A stretch of 64,000 bases of DNA from Escherichia coli. Lineage in GTDB: Bacteria; Pseudomonadota; Gammaproteobacteria; Enterobacterales; Enterobacteriaceae. Within the stretch, counting starts at the first letter, position 1; every line of letters begins with the position of its first letter. The notes beneath the pieces were generated by a model. The model saw nothing but the letters and a program-made list of their open reading frames with translations. It searched no databases and was not told where the DNA came from. A program made the position numbers and the translations under genes. This document shows positions 55,896 through 64,000 of the stretch, piece after piece. The stretch lies in assembly GCF_041886205.1 (NCBI RefSeq), contig NZ_CP169029.1. One strand, written 5' to 3'.

Positions 55896-56791
55896 TGAGC
55901 AAGAGTAGTGTTTTCGACTCAGTGATTGATTTACCGCAGCGCGAACTGACAGAGCGAGAGAACATTTTACTTGGCTTTGAAAGTCGTTATGAGAGTGTCC
56001 ACAACCAACTCAACCTGCTGCTTAACCAAGGGCAACTCCTTGACTGGAGCAAGAAGTACCATAAGAGCGTTTTACCGCTCTGCAAGCTCGTTGCTGAGCA
56101 GTATCCGCTTGTTATTTTTCATGGTGATGTAGGAACAGGTAAAACAGCAACTGCTGAGTGCATCGCGAATCGTCTTGTCCGCGAGTCTCGCACTGAAGAT
56201 TCGGCCCTCTTTAAGCTCAGCAATCGGGTCCGTGGTTCCGGAAAAGTGGGGGAGATGGGGACGCTACTAACTCAGGCATGGGCAGAAGTGTGCGAGGCTG
56301 CGGGTAAAAATCGCAGAGCAATACTGATTATTGATGAAGGGGATTCAATTGCAGCTTCCCGTTCTCAAAACCACAGCCATCATGAAGATAAAGTAGCAGT
56401 AAATACTTTAATTCAAGGAGTGGATGAGCTACGAAAATTTGGCGGCCGGGTTGTGGTAATTTTATGTACTAATAGACTATCCGTCCTTGACCCTGCACTT
56501 CGTAGGCGAGCAGCGATTGTCGAAGAATTTACTCGCCCCGGGCTCACAGAACGAGAATCGCTTTTTCGCATGGATCTTGGAGGGATGGGATTGTCAGATA
56601 GTCAATATCGTCAACTAGCGGTGGCAACTGGTGAGAAAGAAAATCTGCCAGCATGGACATACTCTGATATCCGTACGCGCCTCTATCCCGCAGCAATGTC
56701 AAGAGCGTTTCCTGAACGGGCTTTAAGTTTTAATGATTTGATGGAATTATTGAAAATAATGAGGCCTTCCCCCGTCATGGGAGATATATAA
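55895..56791 (+). CDS. AAA+ ATPase, TRIP13/Pch2-like (Cap6-like), 298 aa
   Basis: Walker A GDVGTGKTATAECIANRL, Walker B ILIIDEGD; start overlaps the preceding stop. Confidence 0.6.
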   Translation: MSKSSVFDSVIDLPQRELTERENILLGFESRYESVHNQLNLLLNQGQLLDWSKKYHKSVLPLCKLVAEQYPLVIFHGDVGTGKTATAECIANRLVRESRTEDSALFKLSNRVRGSGKVGEMGTLLTQAWAEVCEAAGKNRRAILIIDEGDSIAASRSQNHSHHEDKVAVNTLIQGVDELRKFGGRVVVILCTNRLSVLDPALRRRAAIVEEFTRPGLTERESLFRMDLGGMGLSDSQYRQLAVATGEKENLPAWTYSDIRTRLYPAAMSRAFPERALSFNDLMELLKIMRPSPVMGDI

Positions 56792-56887
56792 GGCCCCATT
56801 TCTTAATCAACTGATATACTATAAAAATCAACTCCAATTCCGGTACATTTGTTGATTTACGGTGCACTTCTTGCAAGCAGGAACTAT

Positions 56888-57451
56888 ATGAGAACTGATA
56901 AAGAAATTTTCGTTTCAGTTGATGTGGAAACATCAGGCCCTATTCCGGGGAAATACAGTATGTTATCGATAGGTGCTTGTGTGGCATTTGAACCATCAAA
57001 GCAATTTTCATGTTACCTTAAACCGATATCTGAAGATTTTATCCCTGCGGCTATGGAAGTGACTGGGTTATCGCTGGAGAAGTTGCACGTCGATGGTTTG
57101 GATCCTGTTGATGCAATGGTTCAATTTAAAGAATGGATTAATTCGGTCGTAAAGGAAGATGAGACTGTAGTTTTTGTTGGTTTCAATGCTTCATTTGACT
57201 GGAGCTTTATTAATTATTATTTCCATGTATATTTAGGTGATAATCCTTTTGGCATCGCAGCACTCGATATAAAATCAATGTATTTTGGCGTTTCTCACGC
57301 CTCATGGAGATTAACACGTTCTAGTGAAATAGCGAAAGTTGTCAAACCTGAGACATATGGTGATCATGATGCATTACATGATGCCCGATATCAGGCTGAA
57401 CTATTCCGGTTGATCGATAAATTGAGCGAGAAGAAAAAATTAGATCGATGA
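56888..57451 (+). CDS. DEDD-family 3'-5' exonuclease (DnaQ-like; CBASS Cap18-like accessory)
   Basis: Exo motifs [10 protein letters not shown] (DxE) and ...[10 protein letters not shown]...; ATG at 56888 with GCAGGA RBS (ORF track start 56849 is a TTG). Confidence 0.6.
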
Positions 57452-57538
57452 GTTGCGCAAATAATCATATGGAATTTTCAAAGATTAATTTACTGGAAGT
57501 ACAGTGAATTACCTTATGACAAGAGTTCTGGTGGATAT

Positions 57539-57994
57539 ATGAATGACGAATTTAGCTGTGCAAGTGAGCATATCTGGAAATATTTCGAATTGCATGCACA
57601 ACAAAGAATGACTGTTTTCAATTTTTACATTGCGATAACAGGACTTCTTGCTGCTGGCATTGGGGTTACTCTCCAACAAGGAGGGAAGTATGTATTATTT
57701 ACTTCACTTATGGGGGTGTTTGTAGCATTTATTTCATTTATTTTCTGGAAATTGGATCAGCGAGTGTCGATTTTAATAAAAAATGCTGAAATTGCTCTAC
57801 AAGATCTTGAATGTCAATTTTCCAATGAAAAGCTGAGGATAATCACTAAAGATAATAGCAGTCATTTGCTAAACTTAGGCATTAGTTCTTCTTGGACTTA
57901 TGGAAAATGCTTCCGCATTTCATTTGTTATAGTAGGTCTTACTGGGATATTACTTGCGATTACACCTTTTCTGATGAAAGTCTCGACTTCTTAA
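57539..57994 (+). CDS. small multi-pass membrane protein (151 aa); candidate membrane-disrupting effector
   Basis: Three hydrophobic helices (VFNFYIAITGLLAAGIGVTL, YVLFTSLMGVFVAFISFIFW, ISFVIVGLTGILLAITPFL); last gene of the operon; its stop directly abuts an IS2-like end. Confidence 0.5.
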   Translation: MNDEFSCASEHIWKYFELHAQQRMTVFNFYIAITGLLAAGIGVTLQQGGKYVLFTSLMGVFVAFISFIFWKLDQRVSILIKNAEIALQDLECQFSNEKLRIITKDNSSHLLNLGISSSWTYGKCFRISFVIVGLTGILLAITPFLMKVSTS

Positions 57995-59330
57995 TACATT
58001 TGAGCCGGCCCCTTGAAACGCCAGACAGTGGATGTATCTTAAAATAAGAGATAGGCTTGGATATATGTCTAACACTAGTTCTAATTTTGAGATGACAGGA
58101 ACTTTGCTGGGGCAGGGGCTTCGTAAACGTAAAACTCCTCAGGAAAAAATTGACATTATTCAGCAGACAATGGAGCCTGGCATGACGGTGTCCCATGTGG
58201 CGCGTTTGCACAGTATTCAGCCCGGCCTGTTATTTAAGTGGAAAAAACAATATCTGGAAGGAAGTCTCACTGCTGTTGCTGCCGGAGAGGATGTTGTTCC
58301 TGCCTCAGAACTGGCTGCCGCTATAAAACAAATAAAAGAGTTACAGCGCTTTCTGGGTAAAAAACCATGGAAGTTGAGATCCTCAAAGAAGCAGTGGAGT
58401 ATGGTCAGTCGTAAAAATGGATAGCGCATGCGCCCTTGTTGCCAACGGACAAGGAATAACCATGGTAATCCGTATTCTGGACGTGTCGCGTGCGTAACTG
58501 GCACAACGGATGAAAATATCTGGTAATAAGCCGGATAAACGTCGTCGCAGATGTGATGAGGCTGCGGATGCGGAAGTGTTAGCACGCATCCTTGATATCA
58601 TCAGCGATATGCCGACATATGGCTATCGTCGTGTCCGGGCTATTCTCAGACGGCAGTCTTAACGAAGGACTGCAGTTCGTGAATGCAAATCGCGTTTATC
58701 GAATAATGAGCGAGAATAACCTGTTGTTATTACATGACAAACCTTCACGACCGCAGAGGGAACATAAAGGCCCGAATATCGGTGAAGGAAAGCGACCCGC
58801 GCTGGTGTGCCGATGGCTTTGAGTTCGGTTGTGATGATGACGAAAAACTGCGTGTCACGTTCGCACTGGACTGTTGCGATCTTGAATCCATAGACTGGGC
58901 CGCAAGCACGGGAGGTTATGGCAAAGCAACGGTGCAGGATGTCATGTCAGGAGCGATAGAAAAACGCTTTGGCGATAGACCGGGATGGCCCATCCAGTGG
59001 CTGACCGATAACGGTTCAGCTTATACAACTCATGAAACACGGCAGTTCGCCAGAGAGTTGAATCTGGAGCTCTGCACGACGGCAGTCAGTAGCCCTCAGA
59101 GTAATGGAATGAGAGAACGGTTCGTGAAAACGATGAAGAGCGATTACATCAGTATCATACCTAAACCGGACGTGTTAACGGCAGTAAAAAACCTTGCGGA
59201 GGCGTTCGAACACTATAACGAATAGCATCCTCATGGTGCCTTGGTTATCTCTCACCGAGGGAATATCAACGTCACTCGGTAACGTTAACTTAAGCTCAAC
59301 GGCTGTCTGGATATAGTGGTTCAAGGGCAC
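57995..59330 (+). mobile_element. degenerate IS2-like (IS3-family) element with fragmented orfA/orfB
   Basis: Left end resembles the IS2 left inverted repeat; orfA-like ORF 58032..58424 (...[78 protein letters not shown]...) and an orfB fragment 58734..59225 lacking the N-terminus. Confidence 0.7.
58734..59225 (+). pseudogene. IS2-like OrfB (InsD-like) transposase fragment
   Basis: ...[27 protein letters not shown]...[47 protein letters not shown]... matches the C-terminal two-thirds of InsD. Confidence 0.75.
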
Positions 59331-59692
59331 CTAAGGGCCTTATTTACGGTGTTTTCGCTGATTGGTTTACGCGGGTCATGTGCTCCCGTAAAGACCAGAC
59401 CATTTTCAACTGCCCATGTCTGAAGTTTTATCAGTATGGCTACAGCCTGTTTGCTGAGTGGCACAAGATGTGGTGTTCGCATCTTATGGATTCACCATTA
59501 TAGTGACATGTTCAAGATGATGATATATCTTTGAAAAGTGTTCTCTTTGCGAACGGTATAGAATTTCTAGCGTTACTTTTCATAATTACACTTTTTAGGG
59601 TTAGGCAGGCACAATCTATGCGCTGTCTTAGATAACTACATCCATTTTTACTGGACTACCACCAACAAAAATTTAGTGGTGCAGGAGAAAAC

Positions 59693-62600
59693 GTGAAGTA
59701 TCAGATAGTAGGTGGTGCTGGCCTGCACCGCAGCGAAACCAAAACAGTTGATATGATGGTTAAGCAGTTACCAGATAGTTGGTTTGGCTATGCTGGCTTA
59801 GTTGTTACTGATAGCCAAGGGTCGATGGAAATCGATATGCTAATTATTACTGCTGACCGTCTGCTATTAGTCGAGCTTAAAGAGTGGAATGGTAACATCA
59901 CATTTGAAGGGGGGAAGTGGCTGCAAAATGGTAAGTCACGAGGCAAAAGTCCCTATCAGATCAAGCGTGAGCATGCACTGCGACTAAAAGATTTGTTGCA
60001 GGAAGAGTTATCTCGTAAGCTGGGTTACTTTTTGCATGTTGAGGCTCATGTAGTGCTGTGTGGCACAGCTGGTCCTGAAAACTTGCCATTAAGTGAGAGG
60101 CGCTATGTTCATACCCGTGATGAATTCTTGACTATAGGTAACCCAAAAAATTACGAAAAGCTGGTGCAACACACTAACTTTTTTCATCTTTTTGAAGGGG
60201 GAAAGCCTCGACCAAATTCTGATGAGGCATTACCTATAATTAAGTCCTTCTTTGAAGGACCAAAAGTCAGGCCTTTGCCACTAAAAGAAAGCGGTTATCT
60301 TGCGAACGATAAGCCATTCTTTAGTCACCCTCACATGGTCTACAACGAATTCAGGGCTACCCACAAAGACAATAGTCAACACAGAGGTCTGCTACGGCAG
60401 TGGAACTTTGATGCCTTGGGTGTAGCAAACGCAATGCAAACATTGTGGGCTGAGATAGCTCTGCGTGAGACTCGAGTCGGTCGCCTAGTTCGTCATGGCA
60501 GCGCAACTATGCAGGATTATATGTTGCGTGCTGTAAGGGAACTATCCGAGGAGGATATAACTGATGATGCCCGTGAGCTGTATGAGTTACGCCGTAGTTT
60601 TAGCCGATTAGATGAGATTCTAGATAGCGAAGCTGACGGATGGAGTAAATCTGAGCGTATTGATCGCGTTCGTGCATTATTAGCTCCATTCTCGGAATTA
60701 CATAGCTTGGGTATCAGTCATTGTGATATTGACCCGCACAATCTATGGTACGCAGGGGATCAGAAGAGCATTGTCGTTACTGGCTTTGGCGCAGCCTCAC
60801 TGGAGGGACATAATAGCCTAGAGTCATTGCGTCCGATATTGCAAAGTGCTCCATATATTTTGCCCGAAGATGCTTTTGAAGAAGCAGTTGAGCCCTATCG
60901 CCTAGATGTATTCATGTTGGCTGTAATTGCTTATCGTATTTGTTTTGCAGGTGAATCATTACTGACTCCTGGACAGATGCCTGAATGGAGAGCTCCATTA
61001 ACTGATCCTTTTAGCGGTATTCTAAATAGCTGGTTTGAGCAAGCTCTTAACCTTGAGCCAAGTAAACGCTTTCCACGTGCGGACATAATGCTCAATGAGT
61101 TTAATGCAGCTACTAAGGAACATAGCCAAGAATTTGATGAAGCTAACCAGATTTATCAAGAATTAAAGCAAAACAAATTCTTTCGCGAAGGGATGAACAG
61201 CGTTGGTGTGTTAATTGAGTTTCCTCCACTTCCTGAACAGTTGTCTATGGTTTACTCTGCTCTTGCTGCTATTGCTACGACTGGCAGCATCAGTTATCAC
61301 TGTGAACAAGGTGGGAAAGCTCTGCAGGTAAAATTGTGGGATGGTGTTATTTTGACCCCTCAACAACCTGGTGTTAACCGCCGTATCCACGCTTTTAAGC
61401 AACGGATCGATAAGCTTACGCATATAAATCTGCCAACTCCTAAGGTGCAGTCCTATGGACTATTAGGACAAGGCGGCTTGTATGTAGTGAGCGAGTATGT
61501 GGATGGCCTACCGTGGTCACAGTTTATTGCTGAGAACGTGTTAGTACAATCCCAACGTTTTACAATTGCGGAAAAGTTGATCAACACCATTCATGCTTTT
61601 CATGAAAAGCAGTTACCTCATGGAGATCTTTGCCCAGAGAAACTGCTGGTACAAGTCGGGGAGCAGACAGTAATTACTCTGATTGGATTGCTTGAATTCA
61701 GTGATGAATTAACTGCAGATAATCGCTACCAGCCAGAGAATCCCGAAAGTACTGATGCTTTTGGGCGAGATTGCTTTGCAGTATATCGTATGGTGGAGGA
61801 GCTATTTAGTGAAGATATGCCAGTACTGGTGCAGGCTGAGCTAGAACGCGCAAAACAAACCGTTGACGGTATACCTATCGCGCTCGATCCTTTGCTGCAG
61901 TCAATTCGAGCACCGGAACAAGCTGAGATTAATCAAGTTGTGGCGTCTGAGTCACAGGATAAGGTAATTCCTGTTTGCTGGGGCACAGATGATTGGCCGC
62001 AAGAAGTGAAGCTTCTAGAACAAAATGATGGGATCTATTATTTTCAATGTAACTGGTCATCGAACCCACGCTTTGCGCATGAATTGCGTTGTTACATCAC
62101 TGGCCTAGGAGAGCGGCTATTGATAGACTTAGATCCTGATAATCGCACTATTAATAGAATAGTGTATGAAAAAGGATTATCGATCGAAGAAAGTATAAAG
62201 GCTGGTAAATATTCCCAGGCTAAAATTAATACTCAACTTTCATTACAACGTGGCTCACTTAATCAGCGTAATACTTTTATTGAACTACTGTTTAACCTCG
62301 AGCCAGTAATTGATGCCATCATTGAGCGAGCTAATCCTAATCAAGAGATGGATGAAGATGACTTCGATAGTAGTGAGTCAAGCCCAATTGAGTTATGGCA
62401 GGCATTATCTGATACAGAAGTAGACCTACGAGATATAGTCAACATCGACTCTACTGACTTTCAGGAATCACCGAGTGGTTGCTTACTCTACCCATATACT
62501 ACGGAATCCGGTGCTGACCTCAGCTTTGAACTTGATGATAAGATCATTGTTTATATTAAAGATAAGCGTGAATCAGTGCAATTAGGGGAATTGCAGCTAA

Positions 62601-64000
62601 GTGAGACTACGCCGAGTCTATTGGCTATTCGCTTTGATTTTGATGCTGCTCGTAAGCGAATTAGTAGCGGCAGCCAGCTACAATTGGAATCGATCCGTGA
62701 CAAATCATCAAGAGAGTTGCGTCAAAGAGCCCTTCAACGGGTAATTGAAAACAAAGCAGAGATCCAGCATCTGCCACAGTATTTTGATTACCACCAGAAA
62801 CCCTGCATGCAGCAAATGCAACCGCGGCCATCCGCGGAGACATTACGCGCACTTTATGATCAGCCTGGACAACGTTTTAATGAACAGCAGCTAATGGCAT
62901 TTCAACAGTTGGTCGAGTTTGGACCAGTTGGAGTTCTGCAGGGACCACCTGGAACAGGTAAAACAACATTTATTTCAAAATTTATTCACTATCTGTATCA
63001 ACATTGCGGTGTGAATAACATTCTTTTGGTCGGGCAATCCCATGCCTCTGTTGATAATGTAGCCATCAAGGCTCGAGAGCTCTGCCATACGAAAGGAATG
63101 GAACTGGATACAGTACGTATTGGTAATGAACTTATGATTGATGAGGGTATGCTAAGTGTTGCAACTAAAGCTCTTCAGCGACAGATTCAGCATAAATTTC
63201 ACCGTGAATATGATCTGCGAGTTAGCTCCCTAGGAAAGCGCCTAGGGATGGCCCCATTATTAGTCCAACAGTTATGTCAGTTACATCGTACGCTGAATCC
63301 CTTGATGGTGACATATGGCCAATATAGCCGTGAGCTGGATAAAGTAGAACAAATAAAGAGTAGTAGTATTAGTCATCAAGAGCGACTGGCTGAATTATTA
63401 GAACAAAGCAATCAGCTTAAACTGCGAACACAAGAAATTATTAACTCAATATTCGATGACAGCTTGCTGAAAACTCTTGTCTATGATGAAACCTTGATAA
63501 GACAGTTGGCTGAGCAAGTTGCCATACAATACAATTATAACAATCCAGAGAACCTTGAACGTTTTATGCAGCTATTGGAAATGAGCCAAGAGTGGATGGA
63601 TGTATTACGCGGCGGCGAGGCTGGATTTGATCGATTTATGTTCAAAAGTAAGCGATTGGTTTGTGGAACTCTTGTTGGTGTTGGGAATCGTCGACTAGAA
63701 CTAGCTGAGTCCAGCTTTGATTGGGTAATAGTTGATGAGGCTGGCCGAGCACAAGCTGCTGAATTGATGGTAGCGCTGCAATCAGGCAAGCGGGTGCTGT
63801 TGGTAGGGGATCATAAACAATTGCCACCATTCTATCATCAACAGCATCTTAAGTTAGCCTCTAAGAAATTAGAACTCGGGAAAGGGATCTTTTATGAGTC
63901 TGATTTTGAACGTGCTTTTAAAGCAACAGGCGGCGTAACACTCGATACTCAATATCGAATGGTAGAACCAATTGGCGAGTTAGTATCGGAGTGCTTTTAC
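59693..64000 (+). CDS. giant multidomain protein (>1,435 aa, continues past the window): N-terminal NERD nuclease-like domain, two protein-kinase-like domains, and a C-terminal superfamily-1 (Upf1/DNA2-like) helicase; defence-system candidate
   Basis: GTG at 59693 after AGGAGA RBS; frame verified stop-free at sampled stretches (59882-59940, 60062-60360, 60662-60780, 61502-61620, 61862-61980, 62162-62250, 62921-62970). NERD-like VKYQIVGGAGLHRS...EIDMLIITADRLLLVELKEWNG; kinase catalytic-loop-like LHSLGISHCDIDPHNLW and VTGFGAAS; helicase motifs GPPGTGKT, VIVDEAGRA, LVGDHKQLPP. Not in the ORF track because there is no stop in the window. Confidence 0.7.
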   Translation, partial: MKYQIVGGAGLHRSETKTVDMMVKQLPDSWFGYAGLVVTDSQGSMEIDMLIITADRLLLVELKEWNGNITFEGGKWLQNGKSRGKSPYQIKREHALRLKDLLQEELSRKLGYFLHVEAHVVLCGTAGPENLPLSERRYVHTRDEFLTIGNPKNYEKLVQHTNFFHLFEGGKPRPNSDEALPIIKSFFEGPKVRPLPLKESGYLANDKPFFSHPHMVYNEFRATHKDNSQHRGLLRQWNFDALGVANAMQTLWAEIALRETRVGRLVRHGSATMQDYMLRAVRELSEEDITDDARELYELRRSFSRLDEILDSEADGWSKSERIDRVRALLAPFSELHSLGISHCDIDPHNLWYAGDQKSIVVTGFGAASLEGHNSLESLRPILQSAPYILPEDAFEEAVEPYRLDVFMLAVIAYRICFAGESLLTPGQMPEWRAPLTDPFSGILNSWFEQALNLEPSKRFPRADIMLNEFNAATKEHSQEFDEANQIYQELKQNKFFREGMNSVGVLIEFPPLPEQLSMVYSALAAIATTGSISYHCEQGGKALQVKLWDGVILTPQQPGVNRRIHAFKQRIDKLTHINLPTPKVQSYGLLGQGGLYVVSEYVDGLPWSQFIAENVLVQSQRFTIAEKLINTIHAFHEKQLPHGDLCPEKLLVQVGEQTVITLIGLLEFSDELTADNRYQPENPESTDAFGRDCFAVYRMVEELFSEDMPVLVQAELERAKQTVDGIPIALDPLLQSIRAPEQAEINQVVASESQDKVIPVCWGTDDWPQEVKLLEQNDGIYYFQCNWSSNPRFAHELRCYITGLGERLLIDLDPDNRTINRIVYEKGLSIEESIKAGKYSQAKINTQLSLQRGSLNQRNTFIELLFNLEPVIDAIIERANPNQEMDEDDFDSSESSPIELWQALSDTEVDLRDIVNIDSTDFQESPSGCLLYPYTTESGADLSFELDDKIIVYIKDKRESVQLGELQLSETTPSLLAIRFDFDAARKRISSGSQLQLESIRDKSSRELRQRALQRVIENKAEIQHLPQYFDYHQKPCMQQMQPRPSAETLRALYDQPGQRFNEQQLMAFQQLVEFGPVGVLQGPPGTGKTTFISKFIHYLYQHCGVNNILLVGQSHASVDNVAIKARELCHTKGMELDTVRIGNELMIDEGMLSVATKALQRQIQHKFHREYDLRVSSLGKRLGMAPLLVQQLCQLHRTLNPLMVTYGQYSRELDKVEQIKSSSISHQERLAELLEQSNQLKLRTQEIINSIFDDSLLKTLVYDETLIRQLAEQVAIQYNYNNPENLERFMQLLEMSQEWMDVLRGGEAGFDRFMFKSKRLVCGTLVGVGNRRLELAESSFDWVIVDEAGRAQAAELMVALQSGKRVLLVGDHKQLPPFYHQQHLKLASKKLELGKGIFYESDFERAFKATGGVTLDTQYRMVEPIGELVSECFY

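Overview
This 64-kb window looks like an E. coli-type accessory island that is heavily colonised and rearranged by insertion sequences. All family assignments below are from reading the translations by eye; no database search was run. Left (1-11 kb): CP4/P4-like island backbone genes (a YeeP/YfjP-type GTPase running off the left edge, a large YfjI-like protein, an AlpA regulator, a Gp2/YagK-like protein), a small GC-poor toxin/immunity-like cassette, a frameshifted IS200-type tnpA and an IS2 copy. Middle (12-41 kb): truncated IS66-family elements, an AraC-family regulator with a YfdX-like gene, an F17-like chaperone-usher fimbrial operon on the minus strand, and a decayed contact-dependent inhibition (CDI) locus. 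The cdiA gene has lost its 5' end (no cdiB in the window) and is split by IS186, but cdiI and three orphan cdiA-CT/cdiI modules remain, followed by a group II intron with a frameshifted reverse transcriptase. Right (41-64 kb): a pile-up of IS66, IS256-like, IS481-like and IS21 elements, then a defence island. The defence island holds a WYL regulator with a nucleoside-phosphorylase-like effector gene clipped by an IS66 end, a divergent type III-like CBASS operon, an IS2-like remnant, and a >1,400-aa NERD/tandem-kinase/SF1-helicase ORF that runs off the right edge. The two most likely candidates for an undescribed system are the WYL/phosphorylase pair and the giant NERD-kinase-helicase protein.
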